Of a stretch of 53,871 bases of DNA, positions 30,934 through 40,537 are shown one piece after another. The notes under the pieces are model-generated. The model searched no databases. It was not told where the DNA came from and was given only the letters and a program-made list of their open reading frames with translations. This stretch comes from Parcubacteria group bacterium M6-OD1-4 (GTDB lineage: Bacteria > Patescibacteriota > Patescibacteriia > Patescibacteriales > UBA12465), in assembly GCA_003056205.1 (NCBI GenBank), contig LSNS01000011.1, positions 1 to 53,871 of the forward strand, in the 5' to 3' direction. The number at the start of each line of letters is the position of its first letter. Position 1 is the stretch's first letter. The position numbers and the translations under genes are program-made.

Positions 30934-32061
30934 TTATTTATTAAGTTTAACTGTTCCTAAGTAAATATTGTTAGGGTTCTGAGCATCAATTAAAAGCGCT
31001 GCCCCGCTCCGCCCAGTTGGTAATTTTTGTGTTTTCCAAGTTACTCCGCCATCATGAGAACTAAAGAAAGCATAGTCAGTAACATAATAAAGATCAGCGG
31101 AGTTATGAGGATTGACAGCGAAAGTTTGAATTTTACTATTTTGCGTTGTGGATAGCAATTTAATTTTTGCCCAAGAAATTCCTTTATCCGTGGAACGCAG
31201 AATTAAATTATCAGTGGCCAAGAAAATTGTTCCGTCTTGAGGATTAACAATAATGTTTCGGAAATGAGAACCAAGCTGATAATCGGCTAATACCGTGTTA
31301 AGATCAGTCCAATTATCAATTAAGAAATTTTGATTGATATTAGCAGACGGTGCTAAATTAGTATTACTATTAGAATTAAAACGAAAAATTTTATTATTAA
31401 CGCTAGCCACAAATAATAAACTACTATCAGCGGGAGAAATAAGTAATTTAGCAATACCACTCGGCAAACGGTGAATGGTTCGCCAAGACACTCCCCGGTC
31501 AATACTTTTAATAATATTCCCCTGCGAAGTACCTAGGTAAATATTACGGGGATTAACATAATCAATAGCTATTGTATTAATGGTCGCTTGTTGGTCATTA
31601 TCAAAATAAATTTGTTTCCAGGTCCGGCTACAATCTGTAGAACGATAAACACGATTAGCTAAGGCAACATAAATTGTGCATTTATTTTGGGGATCAACTT
31701 GAACATCATTAATCATCGTCGCTGGTAAACCAGAAACAAACTGCCAACCTTGTTGAATATGATAAGTATAGTAAAGTCCCCGTTGCCAGCTACCAAGATA
31801 AATCGCTGCGGGATCTTCAGGGTCCGCTCGTAAGACCTTAACATTCAAACCGTTTAAACTTAAACGCTGACCATTGATAGTCGGGATAGCATCAATTGGA
31901 CGCCAAGTATTGCCACGATTGATGGTGAAAAAAACGCTATCATTATTAGCCTTGCCAGCAATTTTGCTACGCGAGCTGTTAACACTAATAAAAGAACAAG
32001 CCGAGGTCAAGAAAACCACTGCCCCCAAGGCTACTAATAGTTTGATAAATTTAATAGACAT
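30934..32061 (-). CDS. Lipoprotein with BNR/Asp-box repeats (YCF48/VPS10-like beta-propeller)
   Basis: Lipobox LTSAC; repeated S.D.G.[TS]W boxes (STDCSRTW, SIDRGVSW, STDKGISW, SHDGGVTW). Confidence 0.85.
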   Translation of the reverse strand: MSIKFIKLLVALGAVVFLTSACSFISVNSSRSKIAGKANNDSVFFTINRGNTWRPIDAIPTINGQRLSLNGLNVKVLRADPEDPAAIYLGSWQRGLYYTYHIQQGWQFVSGLPATMINDVQVDPQNKCTIYVALANRVYRSTDCSRTWKQIYFDNDQQATINTIAIDYVNPRNIYLGTSQGNIIKSIDRGVSWRTIHRLPSGIAKLLISPADSSLLFVASVNNKIFRFNSNSNTNLAPSANINQNFLIDNWTDLNTVLADYQLGSHFRNIIVNPQDGTIFLATDNLILRSTDKGISWAKIKLLSTTQNSKIQTFAVNPHNSADLYYVTDYAFFSSHDGGVTWKTQKLPTGRSGAALLIDAQNPNNIYLGTVKLNK

Positions 32062-32070
32062 ATAATTTAA

Positions 32071-33057
32071 TTAAAAATTAATAACAATTTGCTCCAAAAC
32101 TAAATGCGGATTAAGATTGCTACGCAAATACTCACGAGCTTGAGCAATTAATTTTAACCTCTTTAAAATAATTAATAAAACATCATCAGCAAAACGTTCT
32201 TTCATGACAACTAAGGCCTCTTCTAACTCGGGTCGTAAAACGGAGTGTTGAATTCGATCTTGGTTTCCCCAACTCAATAATAGCAAATCTCGTAGTAAAC
32301 CTTCAAACATCGCTAAGACATTAGTTGCCGAATCAAGGGCCTGTTTGCTCCAAGTTTTATCTTTAAAAATTTGATTAAGAACTACTAACCGCTCATTAAT
32401 ATTTAAACTCGGGATAGTTAAGGCTTGCTGAGCTTTTTGCAAATAATCTTGATACTCTTCAGGTTTTTGTAATAATTTAACTGCTAACAGTGGTCGTCCT
32501 AAAGATAAGCTTGCTAAATCTTTAGCAAAAGAACGATTAACTTGATAGGTGGAAATTAAATAATCATAAATTATCTGATTAGCAACTGGATGAAAATATA
32601 AAATTTGACTGCGGGAAAGAACAGTCGCTGGCAAATTATCTTGATCGGCCACCAATAAAATAATTACCACTTTCTCACGAGGTTCCTCTAAGGTTTTCAA
32701 TAAAGCACTCTGAGCCGCAGGACTTAATAAATCCGCTTTACGAATAATACCAATTTTATAGGAATTTGAAAATGAACTAAGATTTAAAGTTTTAATAAAT
32801 TCTCTGGTGGCTTCAATAGAAATACTTTTTTTCTCTTCTTCGGGTTGAAGAATATGTAAATCACTATTAAAACCCTCCTGGGGCGCCCCTTGAAGATTAC
32901 GAGCAAAAGCGAGAGCAACGGTAAATTTCCCTAAATCACTTGGTCCAGTAAAGATATAGGTTTGAGCCAGCTTATCATTCTGTAAACTGCGCTCCAAAAA
33001 ACTAATCGAAACCTGATTACCAATATCTGGCCAAAAATGTTTCTTAGTTTTTGTCAT
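32071..33057 (-). CDS. holB: DNA polymerase III subunit delta'
   Basis: YIFTGP..LGK, AQSALLKTLEEP and LPATVLSRS motifs. Confidence 0.9.
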   Translation of the reverse strand: MTKTKKHFWPDIGNQVSISFLERSLQNDKLAQTYIFTGPSDLGKFTVALAFARNLQGAPQEGFNSDLHILQPEEEKKSISIEATREFIKTLNLSSFSNSYKIGIIRKADLLSPAAQSALLKTLEEPREKVVIILLVADQDNLPATVLSRSQILYFHPVANQIIYDYLISTYQVNRSFAKDLASLSLGRPLLAVKLLQKPEEYQDYLQKAQQALTIPSLNINERLVVLNQIFKDKTWSKQALDSATNVLAMFEGLLRDLLLLSWGNQDRIQHSVLRPELEEALVVMKERFADDVLLIILKRLKLIAQAREYLRSNLNPHLVLEQIVINF

Positions 33058-33072
33058 AAAAATTGATTAAAT

Positions 33073-35730
33073 TTAATTAGCAATTGGAATTTCTGCTAAA
33101 TTACCATTAGTAATCCCCAAAGCTTGAGTTCTCATCACCCGAAAAGCATCTGCGGGCCTTCCTAAATAATAAAGCCGAAGATTAACCGCCGAAAAATAAT
33201 AAGCTCGACCATGATCAGCTGGTTTCAATAAAATTCGCCCCGCTAAACGACGCCAAGCGGAAGGATTTTTTTCTAAAGCCGAAAAATTTTGATTAGAGAT
33301 TCCCAAGGCTAAACGACGCATAAGATTAAAAGCGTCCGCTGGTCGTCCGAGAAAATATCTTTTATCATCCACCGGGTTAACATACCAAGCTTGTCCCCGA
33401 GATTGAACCGCCAATAAAATTCGTCCTCCTAAGCGTTGCCGCAAAGTCTGGGAAACAGAAGATGAAGAATTGGGAGAAGGCGCTGAATGAGCCACGGCAG
33501 AAAAACTAGAACTGCGAGGGATAATTCCAGCAGCGACCGCTGGTAAATAAAAACTCTGGCGATCAGTAATTAAATCTGAAGCACTAATTCGTAAATTAAC
33601 AGAATAATTTTCACCATGTCGTAAATAAAAAGCTTGACCATATTGCTGATTACCTAAACCGGTATAAATCGCTAAATAAGTACCAGCCGCCAAAGACTTT
33701 TGTAAACTCTGACCAATTTTTAACTGCCAAGAAGCTAATTTCACCCCCCGTTGATAATGACCAGTGCTATTGAGAATTAGGGAATAAAGTTGAAGAGTCG
33801 GATTGTTAGCCATCTCTTGCCCTTGCGGGTTCAGCAAGCGAAAACTAACCATACTAGTTTTTAAAATTAAAGCTGGAGTAGTTTGACCTAAACGAATATT
33901 CCAAAAAATATCTTGACGATTTAAATCATCAGGAACAACTAAGGCATAGGTCCCAGCGGGATATTCAAATTTAAACTGCCCTTGACTATCAGTTTGTAAA
34001 TTTAATAATGAAGAACCCAGACCTAAATAAGGGCCAGAAGTATTCTCCCGATAAAGCTTTAAACTCTTATTAGCTAATAATTGCCCATTAGCATCACGAA
34101 GTTCCCCTTGTGCACCACTAAGGATAGATTGGAAAGTCTGGTCCTGATTAGTAGCTATCTTAATATTATAGAAAGAGCTATCCCGACCACTGGCATCGCG
34201 AACTTTCAAAGCATAAATTCCTGATTGTCCAGGAAGATAAGGATTATAGGGAGCAAGGTAAACCGTTGCTTCTCCCCCGCCATTAGTTCTCAAATTAGTA
34301 ATCGCATCACTATCTTGATAAAAAGCCTGATGATCAGCATCATATCTTTGTGCGTACAAAGAAAAATCATAATTACGTTTTAACTGCCCCTGACTATTAC
34401 GTAAAATAATGTGTAGGGCGGGAATCGTCTTGGTGAGTGTCCGACTTTGTCCACAAGTAAAACGTACTGCTGAAAAAAACCAAAACGCCCCTAAACGAGA
34501 ATTACGATCCCAAATTTTTAAAGCATAGAGACTGCGAGGATCAGGACGAAAATTAAAACTCGCTTGACCACTACTACTAATTTGTCCGTTACCTACTTGC
34601 TGCCCAGCAACTGGTAAGCCCTGGATACTAGTTCCCTGTTGATATAAAGCAAAATTTAAACCGGGAACTAATTGACCAGCAAAATTCTGAACGGCGAGAG
34701 TAAAAGTAGAATTATTTTGGCAACTATTCGTTGAAGAATTATTATTTAAAGAAGTCGTGCTAGTCACCGTATAAGTATTAGCTTGACCACGATTGACTTG
34801 CATATCCCAAAAGTATTGATAAGTATTATTGTTGTTTTTAATCCCTAAAACATAAAGACCGGCTGGTAAATCAATCGTTCCCGAGCCATTATCACCGAGA
34901 GTAAAATCACCGACTTCTTGACCAACTTGACGAAGATTATTAGTATCAACGGTTTGTTTAAACACCATCACTCGAGTGCCTTTTGGAAAAAGTGCTCCCG
35001 TCGCATCTTGTAATTTAACTTGGAGAGCAGGAATAAAATAATTAACAGTTGTTAGTTGACCATCGTGAACTGCCAGATTATAGAGATTAAAATTTTGATT
35101 GTGGTAGTTAAGATTTAAAGCATAAACATCGCTTGCTTGACGATCCATACTTCGCAAACTTCCCTGAGGCAAATAAACCGTTACTTGACCAGTAACACCG
35201 GAGCTCGGACTAGTTAATAATTGATTGAATTGTTCTTGTGGACTAGCGAGAGAATTATAAACCTGCGAATAAATATTAAAACGAGTGTTAGTTAAAGCTT
35301 GCCCAGCAGAATCATGTAAAATAAATTTAAGACCACTGAGAGTTTTTTGAAGGGTAAGGGTCTGACCACAACTAAAACTTTGATTATAATACCAAAAACT
35401 AGCTTGCGAATTATTGATAGTTTGAAGTTTCAAAACATAAACAGCGGTATCCGAAGCCAGGCGCCAACTAAGATGAGCCGTTCCTAAAATAGCATCGGTC
35501 TGACCCCAAGCCACTTGTTGACCTGGTTTGGGCTGACCATTAATATCCAAGACTTGCTGATAAACTGTCACTTGAGTATTCGGAATAAAAGCACCAGCAG
35601 GATTAGAGACAACAACATTAATATTAGTATTTTGCGAACAAGTACTGGCTTGAGCTGGTAGACTGTAAAAACCAAAGACCAGCAAGGTAAAAACTAGAAA
35701 TAAACTATAAATTTTGAAATTCTTGAACAT
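33073..35730 (-). CDS. Large secreted multi-beta-sandwich protein with two C-terminal CPR-type 'GRILL..AWYVNP..LGRP.DAF' repeats
   Basis: Signal peptide, about six ~100-aa beta-rich units, a Ser-rich linker and tandem C-terminal repeats. Confidence 0.75.
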   Translation of the reverse strand: MFKNFKIYSLFLVFTLLVFGFYSLPAQASTCSQNTNINVVVSNPAGAFIPNTQVTVYQQVLDINGQPKPGQQVAWGQTDAILGTAHLSWRLASDTAVYVLKLQTINNSQASFWYYNQSFSCGQTLTLQKTLSGLKFILHDSAGQALTNTRFNIYSQVYNSLASPQEQFNQLLTSPSSGVTGQVTVYLPQGSLRSMDRQASDVYALNLNYHNQNFNLYNLAVHDGQLTTVNYFIPALQVKLQDATGALFPKGTRVMVFKQTVDTNNLRQVGQEVGDFTLGDNGSGTIDLPAGLYVLGIKNNNNTYQYFWDMQVNRGQANTYTVTSTTSLNNNSSTNSCQNNSTFTLAVQNFAGQLVPGLNFALYQQGTSIQGLPVAGQQVGNGQISSSGQASFNFRPDPRSLYALKIWDRNSRLGAFWFFSAVRFTCGQSRTLTKTIPALHIILRNSQGQLKRNYDFSLYAQRYDADHQAFYQDSDAITNLRTNGGGEATVYLAPYNPYLPGQSGIYALKVRDASGRDSSFYNIKIATNQDQTFQSILSGAQGELRDANGQLLANKSLKLYRENTSGPYLGLGSSLLNLQTDSQGQFKFEYPAGTYALVVPDDLNRQDIFWNIRLGQTTPALILKTSMVSFRLLNPQGQEMANNPTLQLYSLILNSTGHYQRGVKLASWQLKIGQSLQKSLAAGTYLAIYTGLGNQQYGQAFYLRHGENYSVNLRISASDLITDRQSFYLPAVAAGIIPRSSSFSAVAHSAPSPNSSSSVSQTLRQRLGGRILLAVQSRGQAWYVNPVDDKRYFLGRPADAFNLMRRLALGISNQNFSALEKNPSAWRRLAGRILLKPADHGRAYYFSAVNLRLYYLGRPADAFRVMRTQALGITNGNLAEIPIAN

Positions 35731-35734
35731 AAAT

Positions 35735-37153
35735 TTAACCTAAAATAAAGCTCTCATTAATATTATTAATCGTCGGACTCAATTGTAAATTATAAACTTG
35801 CCCGACAACCGTCATATTAGTAACTTGTAAATTATAAGTATCTTGAGAATTATAACCAGTAATTAAATCGGCTTGGACGCTTAAATTCAGAGTACTATTT
35901 TTAACTAAGCGTAAATAATTAATATCAAAAACAATTTGTCCATTAGAATTAACCGCGGAGCTACGGGCAATTACTTGACCATTTTCCCATAAACTAAAAT
36001 TATGCCAATCTCGCAGGTTAGCTGAACCATTATTAACGAAAGTAATATTCTTAATTAAAACATCTTCATTGCCAGAATCTTCACTAAGAGTCAGTTTACT
36101 CAGTAAACGACGCCCACTAGCAACTAATAAATCATTCTTTGCTAATTTATTCACTTGAACACTAACTCGTCCGAGAACATTAGCAGCGGACACTAAAGAA
36201 AAACGAGTTCCTAATAATGGCCAAGACGCTGAAACCACTAAGTTAGACTGAACATCAGAAGCTTGTTGTAGCTCTAAATCTAAGCTTTGATTATTACAAT
36301 TATGACAAGTTTTTAAATCCATTGTCACCTTAACGGTCGCTGGCAGATTAGCTTTTAAAGTTAAAGGTGGACGAAAATTAATAATTAATTGACGGTCAGT
36401 TGAACGCCAGTTAATATTGGCTTCATAATTTTGTCCCTGAGCATTATAAACCTGAAAACGATCCACCGCTGAGGCATTATAAACTCCGGCAAGATTAAAA
36501 GTAATAGCTGTTAAAGTTGCGACAGTCGGAGCGCTAAAATGAAAAATTCCCAATAAATTATCTTTAGTCCCGGGCACTAAAACGTTGCCATTAGCTCCCG
36601 GCACTAAGTCGTTAGTAATTTTTAAAACACTTTTGGACTGAGTTGAGGAAGGAGACTTAGGCTTGGTAGGAGGATTATTATCAACGACTGCTGAAGAATT
36701 AGAAATAAGACCAATATCAACGGCAGACACAGTTTGATACTGGACTAAATCAACTTTGCTCACTTCTAACACCGGTTCACCAGTTAAATGAAAACGAATT
36801 AAATCGGCCAGACTAGTAATTAAAGTTTTTTGTTGATTATGAATATAATAAATATGAGCAGTACCCGCCACCCGAAATAGTTTAGCACTTGGCCAAGAAT
36901 TCAAATAAGTAGCAGAAACCACGCGGATATCAGACCAGTGATTACCATAACTTAAATAAGCGACAGCATTAATATAAGCCTTTTTAAGATGGTCCTTTTG
37001 ACTTAAAAAATAAACTGTCGAACTATCTTTAGTTTTAACTTGAGAACTAAAATTTCCGGCCGCTTGGCTAACAGGAATAAGACTAAAAAAACAAAAGAAA
37101 GCAAGAGCAAAACTGAGGACTATAAAATAATATTTTTTATTTAATATTAGCAT
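35735..37153 (-). CDS. Secreted surface protein with CPR-type N-terminal repeats and two Ig-like domains
   Basis: Signal peptide, a VKTKDSSTVYF...YLSYG..WSDI repeat, a Pro/Ser linker and two similar beta domains. Confidence 0.7.
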   Translation of the reverse strand: MLILNKKYYFIVLSFALAFFCFFSLIPVSQAAGNFSSQVKTKDSSTVYFLSQKDHLKKAYINAVAYLSYGNHWSDIRVVSATYLNSWPSAKLFRVAGTAHIYYIHNQQKTLITSLADLIRFHLTGEPVLEVSKVDLVQYQTVSAVDIGLISNSSAVVDNNPPTKPKSPSSTQSKSVLKITNDLVPGANGNVLVPGTKDNLLGIFHFSAPTVATLTAITFNLAGVYNASAVDRFQVYNAQGQNYEANINWRSTDRQLIINFRPPLTLKANLPATVKVTMDLKTCHNCNNQSLDLELQQASDVQSNLVVSASWPLLGTRFSLVSAANVLGRVSVQVNKLAKNDLLVASGRRLLSKLTLSEDSGNEDVLIKNITFVNNGSANLRDWHNFSLWENGQVIARSSAVNSNGQIVFDINYLRLVKNSTLNLSVQADLITGYNSQDTYNLQVTNMTVVGQVYNLQLSPTINNINESFILG

Positions 37154-37239
37154 AACATCAAAATAGAACGTTGAAAGACGATCTTAATTTTATTATAACA
37201 TATTTTTTAAAATAATAAAGAAAATTGATCACTTTTTAA

Positions 37240-37268
37240 TTGATTTTTAGGAATGAAATTGCTATATT
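37240..37268 (+). promoter_or_regulatory. Putative sigma70 promoter of the sugar transferase
   Basis: TTGATT-N17-TATATT with extended TG. A divergent TGTTATAAT lies on the minus strand at 37192-37200. Confidence 0.5.
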
Positions 37269-37308
37269 GATAAGTAAGAATAATTAAATAATTAAACTCT
37301 AAACTGTA

Positions 37309-38634
37309 ATGCGCAAACAATGGAAAAAATTTATTATTTTTTTGGGAGATATTATTGCTTTGCATCTCGCTTTATTCCTGACAATTGTTATTCGTTATCC
37401 CCAAAATACTTGGCTAATCAATTGGCAACGACATTGGCCAAATTTTATCTTAGTTTTTATCATTTGGCTCTTAATCCTCTATATCAATGATCTCTATAAT
37501 CTAAACATAAAAACAACTAGCCGTCAATACTTAGTCCGTTTGGGCAACACCACCATTATCAGCACTTTCTTAGCAATGGTTTATTTCTATCTTAAAGTCG
37601 CTTCTAATATTACTCCGAAAACCAATCTCTTGATTTTCACGATCATTTTCCTGATTCTTTTTTTCATTGTCCGCAGTCTTTATCAACTTCTCATACATTC
37701 CGATCACTTAAAAGAAAACTTAGCGATCATTGGCTATAACGATAAAACTAAAAAACTTCTGGAAGAGTTAGAAAACAAACCAGCGGCGGGCTATGTCAGC
37801 GCTTTAATCTTTAAAAACAAAGAAGAGCTTGCTTCTCTAAAACAAAAAATCAAAGAAAAAAACATTCATACCATTGTCGTCGGAGATGATTTTGGACAAG
37901 CTCAAGCCGTTAATCAAGCTCTTTTTGAATGTTTGGTCTATAAAATAAGCTTTTTCAATTACCCCAGTTTCTATGAACTACTAACAGGAAAAATACCAGT
38001 GGAAGAAATTGACCAGAATTGGTTTTTAGAGAATATTAATGAAGGAAGCAAAAATTATTTTGATTTCCTAAAAAAGATATTAGATTTTAGTAGTGCCCTA
38101 ATAATGCTAATCATCACTCTTCCCTTCTGGCCACTAATTGTTTTGGCAATTAAATTGGATAGCCCGGGTTCTATTTTCTTTCACCAGCAACGTCTCGGAA
38201 AAAACGAAAAAAACTTTCAAATCATTAAATTCAGAACCATGCGTGAGAAAGATAATGACCACTCCCTAACCCTCCCGAATGATCAACGAATTACTAAAAT
38301 TGGTTCTTTCCTCCGCCGAACTCGTTTAGACGAAATTCCCCAACTCCTAAATATTCTAAAAGGAGAGATGAGTTTTATTGGCCCCCGTCCCGAACGACCA
38401 AAAATTGTTGATCAACTAGAAGAAGCCATTCCCTTTTACAAAACTCGCTTATTAATTAAACCCGGTTTAACTGGTTGGGACCAGATCTCTGGTGATTATC
38501 ATTCCCCAAGCATTGAAGACAGCCTCAAGAAGCTTCAGTATGATCTCTACTATCTCAAACACCGTTCCATCTACTTAGATCTCGCTATCATTCTCAAAAC
38601 CATCGCCACGGTGATGTCCAGGGGCGGACGATAG
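37309..38634 (+). CDS. Priming polyprenyl-phosphate glycosylphosphotransferase (WcaJ/WbaP family sugar transferase)
   Basis: Four N-terminal TMs; KFRTM, LRRTRLDEIPQ, GEMSFIGPRPE, KPGLTGW and DLYY motifs. Confidence 0.95.
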   Translation: MRKQWKKFIIFLGDIIALHLALFLTIVIRYPQNTWLINWQRHWPNFILVFIIWLLILYINDLYNLNIKTTSRQYLVRLGNTTIISTFLAMVYFYLKVASNITPKTNLLIFTIIFLILFFIVRSLYQLLIHSDHLKENLAIIGYNDKTKKLLEELENKPAAGYVSALIFKNKEELASLKQKIKEKNIHTIVVGDDFGQAQAVNQALFECLVYKISFFNYPSFYELLTGKIPVEEIDQNWFLENINEGSKNYFDFLKKILDFSSALIMLIITLPFWPLIVLAIKLDSPGSIFFHQQRLGKNEKNFQIIKFRTMREKDNDHSLTLPNDQRITKIGSFLRRTRLDEIPQLLNILKGEMSFIGPRPERPKIVDQLEEAIPFYKTRLLIKPGLTGWDQISGDYHSPSIEDSLKKLQYDLYYLKHRSIYLDLAIILKTIATVMSRGGR

Positions 38635-38823
38635 AAATATAAAAAAATATTTATCATAAAAACATTGCTGAAATACTTGAGCGGAACAATTTTGGAAGAA
38701 AAAATTAGTTCTCATCAAAGATTATACTTAACTAGTTCCTTTATCACAGACCAAAAATAAAGCGATCTTTAATTTAGATTCAATTACTCTATTTTGTTGA
38801 TTAAAAGTTAAAATTCTATAATT

Positions 38824-38852
38824 TAAAAAGAACTCAAAAAGAGTTCTTTTTA
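38824..38852. terminator. Bidirectional terminator-like hairpin
   Basis: TAAAAAGAACTC-AAAAA-GAGTTCTTTTTA perfect inverted repeat. Confidence 0.65.
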
Positions 38853-38913
38853 TAATCATTATTAAAATCTTCTAATCAATTATTACACAAGTAGAAATGA
38901 TGAGAACAAGCCC

Positions 38914-38959
38914 TTGCAAGCTTTTTTAGGATATGGTATAATTTTTATACTAATTCCTA
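38914..38959 (+). promoter_or_regulatory. abiE promoter with overlapping inverted-repeat operator
   Basis: TTGCAA (38914)-N17-TATAAT (38937) with TG. Inverted repeat TAGGATATGGTATAA-TTT-TTATACTAATTCCTA (12/15) covers the -10. Confidence 0.7.
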
Positions 38960-38967
38960 TAAATCAT

Positions 38968-39603
38968 ATGAAACTACAAGAAATTCAAAAAAAAATTGAT
39001 AATTTACTAATATTAGATAAAAAATATTTAAAATTATTAGAAAAAGATAGTAATAATTTAAATTCTAATCTAAAATATTGGTTAAAAAATAAGGAAATAA
39101 TTGCCTTAAAAAACGGTTCGTATATCTTTACAAAAAAATATAATCAAGAAAAAGATAAAAATTCCTATCTAGAATATCTAGCCAATCAACTCCTCAAGCC
39201 TTCTTATCTGTCTTTAGAATATGTTTTAGCTAAATACCAAATTTTAAGTGAAGCAACCCGGGTTATAACCTCCGTCAGTCAAAAATTAGCTAGAGAGTTT
39301 AAATCTGACATTGCCACTTGGCGCTACTATAGTTTACCGCCAAAATTGTTTTTAGGTTATAAAATATATTATTTCCATAATCAACCGATTGCGATAGCCA
39401 CCAAAGCAAAAGCTCTATTTGACTTTCTTTATTTAAGATTCCGCCGAGGACCGCAAGCTAATTTAAAAAATTTGGAAAATTTGCGTCTTAATTTAGAAAA
39501 TTTAACAACTAAAGAAAAAAATGAGTTATATGATTATTTTACTAAACTACCAGAAAAACGTTGGCAAAATTTTAAAAATATATTAAAACAATATGTTGAT
39601 TAA
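38968..39603 (+). CDS. Type IV toxin-antitoxin antitoxin AbiEi-like
   Basis: LKNGSY, PSYLSLEYVL..Y.IL.E and AT.AKALFDFLY motifs; overlaps the downstream nucleotidyltransferase; ATG at 38968. Confidence 0.85.
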   Translation: MKLQEIQKKIDNLLILDKKYLKLLEKDSNNLNSNLKYWLKNKEIIALKNGSYIFTKKYNQEKDKNSYLEYLANQLLKPSYLSLEYVLAKYQILSEATRVITSVSQKLAREFKSDIATWRYYSLPPKLFLGYKIYYFHNQPIAIATKAKALFDFLYLRFRRGPQANLKNLENLRLNLENLTTKEKNELYDYFTKLPEKRWQNFKNILKQYVD

Positions 39604-40435
39604 ACTCCTCCAAGAATATGTCGATCAAAAAAGGGCTATTAACTGGCCAGATTTTGTAATAGTTAATGCTCTTAAAGAATATTTACAATTCCCAGTTTTA
39701 ACTTTTATCTATGCTAAGCCCCAGTATCAAAATTTTATCTTCATGGGTGGTTCAGCCCTGCGTATTATTTATAAACTTCCCCGCTTATCCGAAGATTTGG
39801 ATCTTAATCTTTCCAAGTCAGATTACAAAAATTTAAATCTAAAAAAACTGGGGGAAGAATTACAAAAATATTTTAAAGATAATTTTATCATGAATTTAAG
39901 TTATCGAGTTCAAGGTAAGAGTGAATCAGGACAAACACATCTCTATCTAAAATTCCCCATCCTCAAACAACTGGGTTTAGCAAAAAAGAATGAAAGTGAT
40001 TTTCTTTTTGTAAAAATAGAACCTCAACTAGAAGATTTTAAAGATCCGGATTATGAAATTCATCCTATCTCTGGTTTTGGTTTTAATTTTCTTGTAAAAA
40101 GTTATAGCTTGAAATTCTTAATGACTGGAAAAATAATGGCAATTTTAGAACGAAATTGGTTTAAAGGTAAGAATAATGAAATAGATATTAAAGGCCGAGA
40201 TTATTATGATTTATATTGGTATTTAGAAAAAGGCGTTCAACCAGATTGGTCCGCTCTTCAAAAAAAATTTAATTTCAAAGATAAATCAGCCATAAAAAAA
40301 GCTCTGAAAGAAAAAATTGATAATCAAGTAAGCGAACGTAAGTTACTATACGATTTAATAAATTTTTTCCCAGAACAAGACTTTATTAAAAATTTCTGTC
40401 ATAATTATAAAGAAATAATAAACAGATATTTGTAA
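39593..40435 (+). CDS. Type IV toxin AbiEii/AbiGii nucleotidyltransferase (DUF1814)
   Basis: FMGGSALRI...RLSEDLD, GK..A...R and KGRDYYDL motifs. Confidence 0.92.
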   Translation: MLIKLLQEYVDQKRAINWPDFVIVNALKEYLQFPVLTFIYAKPQYQNFIFMGGSALRIIYKLPRLSEDLDLNLSKSDYKNLNLKKLGEELQKYFKDNFIMNLSYRVQGKSESGQTHLYLKFPILKQLGLAKKNESDFLFVKIEPQLEDFKDPDYEIHPISGFGFNFLVKSYSLKFLMTGKIMAILERNWFKGKNNEIDIKGRDYYDLYWYLEKGVQPDWSALQKKFNFKDKSAIKKALKEKIDNQVSERKLLYDLINFFPEQDFIKNFCHNYKEIINRYL

Positions 40436-40440
40436 TAAGA

Positions 40441-40482
40441 AATATATAAAAAGCTTTAGCTACCAGTATCACTGGTCAAGAT
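40441..40482 (+). repeat. Decayed direct-repeat copy of the gmd 5' end
   Basis: 40448-40482 matches 41654-41688 at 31/35 nt. AATATAT lies just upstream of both, and the ATG is lost in this copy. Confidence 0.85.
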
Positions 40483-40537
40483 AATCGCTAAAGAACCTCA
40501 AATTGTCCCCCGGTAATTTCTTAATTCTATATTCAAT

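Noticed and set aside
36569-36608. Short direct repeat CCCG(G)GCACTAA twice
   Set aside because: It simply encodes LVPG twice within a protein and is too short to indicate an element.
38635-38820. Possible decayed gene fragment after the sugar transferase
   Set aside because: No sustained frame or recognisable motif.
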